DNA of 61,480 bases, the filler included, from Choristocarpus tenellus KU-1152 (Eukaryota; Protista; Phaeophyceae): assembly GCA_964200185.2 (NCBI GenBank). It is 10 parts of 10 records of this genome, joined end to end, with 100 filler letters (N's around TTAATTAATTAA, not from the genome) between each part and the next. Parts side by side here need not be neighbours in the genome. Positions count along the whole stretch, not along the records: positions 43,842 to 51,220 come from CAXNAD020006241.1; positions 51,321 to 55,459 come from CAXNAD020016018.1; positions 55,560 to 58,458 come from CAXNAD020023803.1; positions 58,559 to 61,480 come from CAXNAD020023642.1; 6 more parts are not named here. One strand, given 5' to 3'. This document shows positions 50,819-61,480 of this stretch, piece by piece. Positions within the stretch are counted from its first letter, which is position 1. The number at the start of each line of letters is the position of its first letter. The position numbers and the translations under genes are program-made. A model generated the notes under the pieces. It worked only from the letters and a program-made list of their open reading frames with translations, did no database searches and was not told where the DNA came from.

Positions 50819-50998
50819 GGCTCAAAGCATCTGGGGGGAGGGGGTGAGTCTACACCAGGGTGTCCATTCGGACCCTGACCAGGAGAATTGAAGTTTCATC
50901 ATCCACCCGACCCATGCGACCAAATTACCCAAAAATATCGACATCGAAAAATGGGCCTCAAATGGACACCTGCCACCACCCCCCAGATACTTTGAGCC
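50819..50998. mobile_element. MITE family B (180 bp)
   Basis: TIR GGCTCAAAG(C/T)ATCTGGGGGG with TSD AAT/AAT. Confidence 0.9.
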
Positions 50999-51220
50999 AA
51001 TGTCATCATCATCATCATCCTGTCCTGTTATTACGGGGGAAGAGGGGATTCAGGGGGAAGAAAATTCAGTACAACATCAGGTCGATCCAATCCTAAACAC
51101 TACTAATTTCATATCACTCAGAGGAAAGAGGGATGCAAAACAATCTGTTACAGGCGAGTAGCGCGAGTATTTCTTCCCGCGCTTTGACTGGCGCGAGCAG
51201 TATACGCGCGTGGGGAACCC

Positions 51221-51320
51221 NNNNNNNNNNNNNNNNNNNNNNNNNNNNNNNNNNNNNNNNNNNNTTAATTAATTAANNNNNNNNNNNNNNNNNNNNNNNN
51301 NNNNNNNNNNNNNNNNNNNN
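51221..51320. other. Artificial contig linker
   Basis: N44-TTAATTAATTAA-N44. Confidence 0.98.
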
Positions 51321-52722
51321 CCAAAAAAAAAAAGAATTTTTAAAAAAAAAAAAGAAATAATGAAAGGAATCAAGGGGGGTTCGGAGGGTGAGGGGTGGGG
51401 GGGGGGATGGGGGGGGGGAATGAAAGATCCTGACCTCCTACCAATGTCACATGCCTGACATGCAACACCTCACTAAGCAGATTTCCTCTAATGTACATAA
51501 AAAGCAATTCTGGTAGGGGAAGGGGGGGGCGGGTAAAGGATACTTAACCTGGATCCCCCAACAGCCTTAAGAATCTGTAACAGAACAGCTGTGTAAATAG
51601 AAACCCAAAATGAGACCAATACCGAATTTTCCTGAGAAATGGAAGATTACTACCTACTAAATATTGAGGGAGTTTGGGGTTCAGTTTGGCAGCATGAGGT
51701 AAATCTCTCATATTGTACATATACGACATACTAATGTTGAGTATCTCACATACCTTGTTACCGACTAAATTGCAACCCTACTCACACCCCTGCAAGAGAA
51801 TGATACTGTAAATATAGCCAGTTTGATATTATTATTATATTGCCTCGAAAGAGTACTGGAGTGTTCACATTTCATCCACACAACATGGACCCCACCTCCT
51901 ATTGCACGCATCACCTTGTAGGTGTTGTATGTTCATCCATTCACCTCCTCAGCAGTGCAGCAGTGAAAAAAGAGCAAGATTATGGACTCCAGTAGGTTTT
52001 GATCTGTGCTTGGCCCACACTGAGCGGCACATCACAGGCTTGTATAAAATGCGGTTTTGGTACCTTTACATGATGGACTTGACATCACTTAGCAAAATAA
52101 AGTAAAATCTGTCTCAGAGAGGCAACAGATGTTGAGGAACAATAAAGTTTCCTGCACCGCCCAGAACAAATGGATGACTTCTGTCCTCCTAGGTGCATTG
52201 GCATGACTGACATGCAGGTGATGGAAGCTTCCCTGCGTTGCACAAAACACCCCCACGACCTAGGAGATTTTTCGAATACTTACCATGAATCCATTGCACG
52301 AGTACAGCATGAGAGTTTTACGTAGTTTGGAATAGTTTACTTAGCTCTTCCTCGAGTCTTTGTTCTCCGACAGCTACAAGCATCATCAGATGTTAACACA
52401 AGCTCTCGTGAAGGGACTCCTCGAATTTTCCGAATAGTTTCAGTCATTAAATCTCCAGTAGCCCCAAAATGAAATGTTAAATATGATCGCGAAGAGAACC
52501 AATACCTTTCCTTCAAACATATTGTCCTGTAATTTGTAGTTGATTCATATAAGATCACTTATCAAGGCTTTCGATATACTCTTCAGATGCTTTATTGGAC
52601 TAATGAGCGCCATACACTTGTAAAATACAAACAAAGATCCATCTGGTATTGGGTGTTCTAAAAAGAGGGTTCTTAGGCAACCCCCAGTACTCCCAAATCT
52701 CAGTAAGGCTATCAACACATAT

Positions 52723-53691
52723 CTACAGACTATTGAAACGGTGATATGTTGGGCGCCCAGAGCCTGTCTCAATATCCTCCTCGACGGGTGGTGTTGACTC
52801 GACCAGGACCGGGCGCTGGCCCTCTCCACCCACAGTTTGTCTCCCCCTTGACCGCAGGCGGTCGAGAAGAAACCTCGGGGCATGTTTCGGAGACAAGTCT
52901 ATATCCAATCGCTGTTTGCAGACTGGACATACCACAGAATCTCGAATCCAGTGATCGATACTGATGATATACAGATGGAGGTCGGGAAAAGGGGTTAGTT
53001 CATGTGTTTCACGAGGTCTTTTCCTGGTGGATAGAAGCCTTGAGACCTGTGTCAGTACATCCCATCAGCAGACTGGAAGGAAAAGGGAAAGTGGCCCAAA
53101 AGTCAAAATCATAAGGGATGCGGTCAACAGGAAGAAGACTTACCATGCTTCGTGAAACGCGTGGCCACACGGAAGGAGCAAGAGGTCAACTACATGGGCT
53201 TCGTCCAATTCTTCGCCCATTGTCTCCAGGCAGATTGGGCACGACTCGGCCCTTAGATTTTCATGCTGGGTATCCGAACACCTAATTGGCTCTTCTGCTT
53301 TCCCTCCAACTCGACCTCGCAGACGAGAAAACCAGCGAGTTTTCTTCTCCCGTGAGGACATAGTAACATGTTCTCGGTCCACCTGTCCAGGTCCATCCTG
53401 AACTGATCTGGTTGATGAGCTCTGGCAGCATTGTTCGCCTTCAACAGAACTCTGACTAGCAGTCTGTTGGCTCCTACTATATTCAAGTCTCACCCTACTG
53501 AACTTTCTAGATACCGTAGAATTTACTCCACCCTGTTGGCCTGTCTGTTGCCAACTCAAGTTTTGTTGGATTGAGTCTCTTCTTGCTGCTTCTGCTCGCT
53601 GATGGGAACGGGATTCCCTGTAGCACTCACAGCCCACTAGGATTAACCCCACTCCTACCAATCCGCAAGCAACAGCTGGTCCCCCGTCCAT
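52723..53691 (-). CDS. Transmembrane RING-H2 E3 ubiquitin ligase (ATL-like architecture), 2 exons
   Basis: Exons 53144-53691 and 52723-52960 (GT-AG) join to give CPIC..[27 protein letters not shown]. N-terminal hydrophobic segment AVACGLVGVGLILVG. Confidence 0.9.
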
Positions 53692-55459
53692 GTTTTAGAT
53701 TACCTGGCTGTATGTTTCCACTACAGCAAAGTTTATTGTTAGGGTGGAGACGTAGACTCAGACACAATGTTGTGATGGAAGATCATAGAAGCTGTGGAAT
53801 GGCGGCTTTTCGGACACACATTGACACAAAAATGTTGACAGTAACATATAGGTTGTAGTTGACGAATGTTCGAAATATATCCCACGAAGACGATTATGGA
53901 CTATTTCTGTGTGAAGGGACCTGATTGATGGTCCCTGAAAAAAACTGTCTCTTCCGTTTTCTCCCAATTTGTACGGATGGTTTGGAGAAGAGGCAGGGAT
54001 TGGAGGTTTTACCAACTCCATCAAATATTTTTAGACACGTTTAGGATTGGTGGAAATTAGTGTTGAAGACATTTTCATCCTCAAAAGTTAGTTTTATAGG
54101 TGTAAGACAGATGGACTTAGAACGAAAAAATATATCTGTTTAAAGACACTTTAAACAAAATTAAATAAAAACAATCAATATGATAGTTAAAATTACATAA
54201 TGGTAGTTCTTACAATATATATCAGAGAACATAATAATATACATAATCCGAATATGGGTATCTATCCTACAAAATTGTATCTTCGACCATGAACAATCTT
54301 CATGGGTTCTTTGTTTCAAAAGGACAGCATACACAATCGTTTTGTTGTGAGAGGTTAGGGAGATAGATTGTGAAGGGGAGTGTTTAGGGAGATGAGTTCG
54401 AGGTTGGACGCAATCCATGGAAGTCAAACTACAAACTCGAGGTGAGAAGAAAGGGGATATCGAGTTTTGACTTTCGTTGTGTTCAGAAACTTTCCCACCC
54501 TTCTTGTTGTAGAAGGGGAGGAGGAGGTGGTGGGTTCGAGGTTGCCCATTGCATGCCGGAGCCAAAGCGGAGGCCCTCACAATGATCGGCAAGTGTAGTC
54601 CCCACAAGAGAAAGAGAAGAGCTCGAGCACAATTTAAGGTGCATCGTCGGATCATGACTACCCAAGCAGATTTCAGTAACACGAGAGCATTATTGATGAT
54701 GAAGATCTCATCTAGAAGTTTCTCCAGTGCTCAGACACCTATCCCTAATATCACTCTCCTCGGCGGCCTCCCCCCCGTCGTCTCATACTCCTCAAGTGAC
54801 GAAGCAACATTATCCCTTCTTTTCCAACTTCCTAGCTGCCAGGATTTCCGTGTGAGATGATGAAAACATAAGCATTTCGATGGATAATTATGAGGATAAA
54901 GTCGGTGCCGCGATTTCCGTGTCGGACGATGAAGACATCAGTTGTTTGAGGAATGATTTGAGGAGAATGAGGCAGCGGGCAAAGAGGAACGGAGGAGAGG
55001 GGCATTAGCAATAGGTAACGGAACATTGGAGAAACTCCTCTTTTTCCTGCTTGTTATCGGTCCCAGTTGGAATGAAGAAGTGAGGATGCTTCGAGGCCGT
55101 GCCACAACACAGCCTGCTATGTATGGATGGTGTGTATCGGTAGTTTGAAAGACCGCCAGGTACTAGGTTGGATAGAGAGGTTGTCAGTCTTCCTTCAGGG
55201 TTTGTGTTCCGTCAGGGTCAATTTGAAGAGTTACATGAGGACGTGAAGGCCATTTTTCTGGACCCCCGGAATAGTAATAAAGACAAACTGTTGCTGTTCC
55301 TGAACATTATATAGAAGAAATACATACACGTTAGGTCTGATGTCCGAGGTGTGGGGCCGTTGCACCGCCACCCTCGCAAACGATTCGTGTGGTTGGTTCA
55401 GAACCTTCCAGAGGGTTAAAGTATCTGGGGGGGGAGGGTGTCGGCGTCCGTTTTTAACC

Positions 55460-55559
55460 NNNNNNNNNNNNNNNNNNNNNNNNNNNNNNNNNNNNNNNNN
55501 NNNTTAATTAATTAANNNNNNNNNNNNNNNNNNNNNNNNNNNNNNNNNNNNNNNNNNNN
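55460..55559. other. Artificial contig linker
   Basis: N44-TTAATTAATTAA-N44. Confidence 0.98.
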
Positions 55560-56237
55560 ATTGATAGTGTTTCTCTCCTCCTCTCCTCTTCCTTTTTTCC
55601 CCCCCCCCCCCCTCCCTTAGGCGACTACTCCTTCATGATTTTTTTTAACTTGTTTGTCTGATCCAATCGCTTTTTTCGTGTCCAACGCATCTTGCTTGCT
55701 GATGGTTTGGACCCTTGTGGGTGGGGGGGGATTATCTCATTTTTTTCTGGGATCTCTCTTCACCGATATATGCAGACAAGGGAGCTAGTGGACTTGGCAA
55801 CAATAGGGGATCAAGAAATACAAAACGACCAGATCTTGTATGTAGTCAAGAGACAAGGTGAGAAATAATCCTGTTCCTCAACACAAAACTCCAATGAGGC
55901 AATGGAAACTAATACCACTATAAAATAGAGGATAGGCACACAAGGTGTGGGGATTGGAATTGAAGACAGAAACACTTTCCCAAGTGGAGGGGTACGGAAA
56001 TGCATTGTTAGGCTGTGTCTGTGTGTGGTATACCATGATGTCCTCCTGTGTGGGTCTTGCATCCCCCCAACCCGTTGCTTTTTTTCGTTTTTTTTCTTAT
56101 TTAACTTTTTTTGTACATGCATGGACACTCTGCGTTCATTGGGATGGCGTTCATTTACTGCTTTCATTTTTTTCTTTTCCCCATGGGTTGATACGGGGTG
56201 AATAAAATGTTCTTACACCGGCTATAGAGCTACATAC

Positions 56238-56318
56238 TTGGAGCACCACAGAGGTCGGCTTGTTCCAAGACCCAAGGGTTAGCGCAGTTGCAGTGATTAA
56301 AGCAATGAGAAATCCACT
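56238..56318 (-). CDS. Candidate isolated exon of a membrane protein
   Basis: Pyrimidine tract + CAG acceptor and GTATGT donor flank 81 nt encoding SGFLIALITATALTLGSWNKPTSVVLQ. A possible partner exon lies near 57359-57446. Confidence 0.3.
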
Positions 56319-58458
56319 CTGACAAAAAATTAAGAAAGAAGTAGAGTGTACACTAACACAGTATGCCAACCACTATACTTGTATCAGCTACGATGCCTCA
56401 CCTCAAGAGGTTCCTACTCTAATGAATCCAACACATTGGTGCTCGACTTTCCAATCAAGGGAGCAAGTGGACATGCTTCCACTCTTCCTTCAGCACCCCC
56501 TCCTATTTCCAATGAGGACTTGTGACAACAAACAACACGTGTTCATCTCCAATGGCACCACCTTCAAGAGACCATTTTTCTTAATTCTCGTATTGTGTTT
56601 GACAAGCAAGGGGGGCAGGGGAAGAATGGTAGGAAGTGCAAAGTCCGTTTGCCTACAATTCCACAATTCAGCGTTTAAACCCTCTCACAAATGTTCCATT
56701 CCCCACAAATTGTGACCTCAATTTTTTGGTAGTAGGACCTGCTTCTCGCCCTCTATATTCCAAGGCCACACACTTTCTAACGGAATTATCCACCTTGTCC
56801 TCCACTGAACACCACTGAACACCACTCCTCCCTAAAACTCTCTCCGTCCATATGCACTCGTCCTCTTTTTGCCCTCCCCCTTATCCTGGATACCTCTACA
56901 GATGTGCTTTGTCCAAATTATAATAACTAAAATAGCCTTTGAAGCAAGAAGTATGAAGTACCTGGCTATAATGCTGCCCCCCCTCCTCTGCTGTTCCATT
57001 GAACACACCTCTTAACTCCCGGTCATAACCACCTCTCTACTCATGCTGAACTACTGTTTTGCCTGTTTTTGCAGGGGATGGGTTTGAAGACATCACTGTC
57101 AACAGTGACTTGCACAGCGGGGCAGGGGCAGGTGGGAGCATCGATGACAAGTAGGGGTGGGGTGCACAGATCCCGTGGGTTACTGATCATATCCGGCTGA
57201 GTTCCCCTAGTTCAGAACTGAGGGCTAAGGTTTTGACTTTGATTGTAGGGTGTGTGTTTGGAATTGGATGTTGAAGCAAGATCATGGAATCACATAGAAT
57301 GAACAAAACTTGGGTGTAGTGCTGTTTGATTGCTGTAAGAAAAGTGTCATCCATACCCGACAGTTGTGAAAATTGACTCAAAATCATTGGAAGACCTAAA
57401 TCCTTTTCCCTCGCAGAGTTCCAAACTATATTATTGAGTTTGCTCTGTTTATGCATCTATTTTCTTCACTATTTAGTAAACATCACTATAATACATCACC
57501 AGTGATGTGACCACCCCACTCAAAAATAGACTGTATTATGTATCAGACAGTGACTTTCTCAACTGACTCAGTGGCAAGAGAAGAAGCAGGAGTGAAACTG
57601 TGCTGAGGAAGTTGGGACGAGCATCATGGCATTGTTACAATTCAGGTTGATGAATACCCGACTTTTTCCTAGGAGGATGTTATGCACGTTCTTTGTGGTT
57701 GTTGCTACACACAGACAGAGAGGTGCAACTGTCACACTGTGAAGAAAATGTCTTTGATCTGGGGTCGTTTATGCAGGAATTGTAGTACCTCAGTCGCATG
57801 ACCGTGAACATGCAAAGACAGTAGTATATATTCATCTCACACATGGGCCTTCACCACACTTGTTGCTGACTCCATGTACCATTCTTGAAGTATTGCTTTT
57901 GATGCGGGAGTTGAGTAAGGGGTCAAGGGGGCGGGCAAGATGTTGATATTTCCCTCTGGTACTGGCACCACTACAGGATTGCAAGACGCAATATCAATGC
58001 ATACTTGTCATTTGAAGCATTTCCTCCGAGAGCAACTTCAACTTTGAGATTGAGGGGGAAAGGGGATGCATGTTACCCTGTACACACATCCTATTTGCTC
58101 AATGCGAAATATAGACCACCCTATTGGTGTAAATGAGCCATTGCAAAAATGTTCCTTACTCCTCAATGTTGGCATGGCTTATGCTACCACACTCATTAAG
58201 CTCTCACCTCTCACCTTCACGACTGGGCTGCCACCTGCAGGATGTAACTTGAGTCCTCTACTAAGCTAATAAAACCTACTCAACATGCCGTCACTACAAA
58301 CATGTTGTAGTACATGTGCATGCTCTACAACTATCATTATTCAATTACTGCCTAATTTACAGGGCAACAATGCCCTCTCCTCCCCCCCCCTCCCCCCCCC
58401 CCCCCCCCCCCCCCCCCACCACCCCCACCACAAACACCCAGCAAGAAAACCACACCAA

Positions 58459-58558
58459 NNNNNNNNNNNNNNNNNNNNNNNNNNNNNNNNNNNNNNNNNN
58501 NNTTAATTAATTAANNNNNNNNNNNNNNNNNNNNNNNNNNNNNNNNNNNNNNNNNNNN
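58459..58558. other. Artificial contig linker
   Basis: N44-TTAATTAATTAA-N44. Confidence 0.98.
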
Positions 58559-58594
58559 ATGTACAGGATGGGTAGGTAGTCTCAGGTTTCATAC

Positions 58595-59863
58595 CTGTCA
58601 AGGCCCCCAGCATGGTCCACGCATCGAAGAGCATGAGTGGTGACATGGAACTTGATCCACCTGTAATAATAATCAGACCCGGCAATACACAGACTTTGAA
58701 GCACACCTTTTAATACCATCTCTAGTATACTGATATAAGCTGTGGAAAGAAGCGTGTACTCATTTCAATGCAAAGCTTCATAGGCACACGGCTTCTTGAG
58801 GTGGTTGCACCAGTGGGCGCAATATATCACCAGTAGAGGAGTACTAAGGTATTTCTCCAATCAATCTCGCAGGTTGGGAACTGGAAAACCTTACGACTAT
58901 CCCGTCAGAACCGAGAACATTAGTGTAAGATTGTTTGAAGGGTGGGGAAGCGTTGTATCATAGACGTGCCTCGCACGTTCCACTATGGCAGGTGAAAACA
59001 AGAGCGCAAATGCTGTGGAACAGAGTGACCGTAGGGGAGAAAGAAAATACAGGTGTTTTATCACAAATTTGGACTGGTGAGGAGAAAAGGCTAGCTGAAT
59101 CCATTCCCCCATTCGAGTTATTGCGCTTGTCACCCCTCATACAAACAACATAATTTTCCTTTCATCCCCCACCTTTCCAACGTCTCGCTCCAGAGACGCT
59201 TTAGTTGCACATTGGGCTTCCAGGTACGTCGTGTTTTCCTATTCGAGAAGGAGATCCTGTTGCCAAATCTGTAGGGAAGGGAGGGCATCGGTACGGATCT
59301 ATAATTTCCGCTTTGTTAACCAAAGTCTAGGTAGGAGCAGTCTGCTTGGTGTTATTGTCGAGCATGAAATATTGGCTAACAACATTGGATGCCATGATAA
59401 CCTACAGGTGCAACCAGGTTACCCTGGGAGGGTGTGCAAATGTATTGACTTCGGGACAGCGAATGGGGTCGAATTCTTAGGCACAGTTAACATCTAGGAG
59501 TTAATCAGGCCATGTATCTCAGATGAATGACCATTCACATCAAGTTTGGTGTGCTCAAGCAGTGCTGTGACAGAGTCTTGATGTGGAGAAGAGGGAGAGA
59601 GTTGTGGCACGAGGACTCCAGGGAAACGCGATACGACCTCCAGCTTTCTATTTCATTTCAATACTGCTACTCATACCCCATAATAATAACAGCCAGATCT
59701 CTAAGGGTACAAGAAGGAGAAGGGTGTAACATGTAACTCGCCTGATATCCTTCCCAGCGTAAAGTCCAACCTGACTGCGTTTCGAATACTGTCCTGGCCG
59801 GTGGTTCTTGCACCCGCGGGCGAAATTCTGTAGGAATTCCAGAGCGGAATTTCTGAATGACAT
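58595..59863 (-). CDS. MRPL28: Mitochondrial ribosomal protein bL28m (L28 family), 3'-truncated
   Basis: Exons 59742-59863, 59173-59268 and 58595-58660 give MSFRNSALEFLQNFARG..KRSQVGLYAGKDIRFGNRISFSNRKTRRTWKPNVQLKRLWSETLERWIKFHVTTHALRCVDHAGGLD, with a presequence-like N-terminus. Confidence 0.93.
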
Positions 59864-60442
59864 TCCTCACATTAACGTACAAGCATTCAAGTTGTTGTCT
59901 ATGGTAAATTTGCCAATACCTCGTTTGGTATAGGAAGTATTATCCCCCTGCACACCCCCAAACAATGCTACACCAATATTTGGAAATTTTCCGCGAGCTC
60001 GCGCACCTTTTTCATCTTCCACCACTATACACAACACTGAACCTCTCAACATTCTGTTGTCCAGGACGTTTAGCATTGAGGTGGTTGAGGGGAACAACGG
60101 GACGAGGGAGGTGAAAGGGGTATCAAAATGTGTCTGATCAAAGAGTTGGATAAAATTTTCGAGCAGGACCCTGACATGTGAGCCCATAAAGTATCACTAT
60201 TCACACCATGCTAGTATCAACAACTGACTGTCTCAGAAGTGGATGTGTCAACCTCGAGCGCTACACAAGCCACAGCAAAATCCCTCTACAGTGATATTGC
60301 TTTACTAGAATTTTTGCATCGCTATCGATTAATGCTGAAGGTTGAGATAGCACAGTTGGGCGTCTCATAAGATTGTGATTTTGCGGCTGCTAACCAAATC
60401 CTGTTGACCTCTTTTGTCTGCCCTCACCACTCGCAATTCAAG
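59864..60442. promoter_or_regulatory. Probable bidirectional promoter / 5' regions of bL28m and PTAR1
   Basis: Two genes diverge within <600 bp and the interval is not CpG-depleted. It probably also contains the unresolved first PTAR1 exon. Confidence 0.45.
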
Positions 60443-60923
60443 CGATGAACTGGGTGTAATCTTCTCCCTACCCCCGCAAGATACCAACGATGTTGAAACC
60501 AATGGAGGCAAAGAAACGTATCCATTCATCTTGCAAGACCACAAGCTGGGCGTATCAATGCACTGCCTACATCCCCTCATCAGTGAGGCCAGAGCACAGC
60601 TTTTCCCCGCTAGGGATGCCTACCTACGCACCCGAAACAAGCATATATCTATCTCTGGAAGCGGGATTGGAACGGTCACGGTTAATAAGAACCTACCCAC
60701 TCCTCAGTCAGAGGGCGCTGGGAAACCAAAGTTAGAGACCACCGAGGAATGTCCAATTCTTCACAGCGGTACTGGTGTCGGGGAACAGGCAATCTCCGCA
60801 ATGAAGCTCATGTCGATAACACGTGCCCTCCTCCTCGTGAACGCTGATCACGTTTCGGCTTGGAATGCAAGGAAGTTGGTAATCCAGGACGGCTCTGCTG
60901 GCGGAGTGGATGAGGAGATAAAA
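60443..60923 (+). CDS. PTAR1: Protein prenyltransferase alpha-subunit repeat protein 1 (GGTase-III alpha), one exon
   Basis: DELGVI..PFILQDHKLGVS..ITRALLLVNADHVSAWNARK..EEIK matches the PTAR1 N-terminal pattern. Bounded by an AG acceptor and a GTGAGG donor. Confidence 0.85.
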
Positions 60924-61480
60924 GTGAGGGGACTGGAGACGAACTCAGAGTTGTGAGAATGCCCAAGGGAAGGAATCCAAGGGTGGGAAAAGAGACCGGA
61001 CCAAACTTGGATACACAGCAAAGATCCAACAACTTGAGCAAGAAAATATAGACACGGATTGGTCATCATAGGAGCTGCAGTTGTGAGATCAGTGCTGTAG
61101 CTGCAGAACTCTGATGCTCTTTCCGGCGTGGTCTGCTTCGATTTTTGGTCAGTAAGATATGCAGAAGGAGCAGAATCACTTGTTCTTCATTAAAAAGGAC
61201 TTGTCATTGGATGCAACACTTCATATCTCCATGTCCTACAGGATAGAGGACATGTTGAATGAGTGGTGAAGCAGTAGATGCGGCAAGCGAGTCGAGTGAT
61301 ATCGAGAGAAAGCCTCGACCTACCCCGATGGTGGGATTCTGGGATAAGACACTTGATTTTGCAGTAAGGTTGGACTCAGCCGCGGCCCCTGCCATTCACC
61401 CCCCTCTTTCCCCCCCCCCCCCTGTCTATCAATCCTCCACCTCCCCTAACCCGTCGCCCTTCCTCCCCCTCCTTCTTCTC

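Noticed and set aside
52276-52290. ATACTTACC resembling the U1 snRNA 5' end
   Set aside because: It continues ATG rather than TGG, with no U1 stem-loops or Sm site. It is better explained as a minus-strand splice-donor-like GGTAAGTAT.
54161-54860. 173-aa minus and 103-aa plus ORFs upstream of the RING gene
   Set aside because: Non-ATG or weak starts, no domain, and no consistent splice link to the RING exon.
11509-58558. Regularly recurring TTAATTAATTAA palindrome within N runs, as a biological repeat or recombination site
   Set aside because: It has an identical 100-nt format each time and is a six-frame-stop concatenation linker. Neighbouring contigs are not known to be adjacent, so no cross-contig gene cluster can be inferred.

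Overview
This window is not one locus. It is ten short contigs joined by artificial 100-nt linkers (N44-TTAATTAATTAA-N44, which put stops in all six frames). The DNA is eukaryotic, intron-rich and heavy in transposable elements (TEs). The LINE and protein styles suggest a stramenopile, probably a brown alga or close relative (inference). Genes that can be read by hand: a 10-exon multi-EF-hand gene, a CDK with a PPTTMRE cyclin-binding motif, a large PH-domain + NB-ARC (STAND NTPase) gene, a transmembrane RING-H2 E3 ligase, and mitochondrial bL28 head-to-head with PTAR1. Two uncharacterised multi-exon fragments are also present. Contig 1 carries two intact and one decayed tRNA-Pro(AGG) with atypical stems, set among decayed duplicated mini-ORFs and a dead IS630/Tc1-type transposase with a very long (~115 aa) D-to-E spacing. 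TEs include two MITE families sharing a G-N3-(C/G)AAAGTATCT terminus, remnants of an RTE LINE and of REL-endonuclease LINEs, and a deleted pogo-like element. I cannot demonstrate a new biological system from the sequence alone. The best leads are the PH-NB-ARC architecture, the tRNA/mini-ORF island in contig 1, the long-spacer transposase, and the CpG-depletion pattern that implies DNA methylation.
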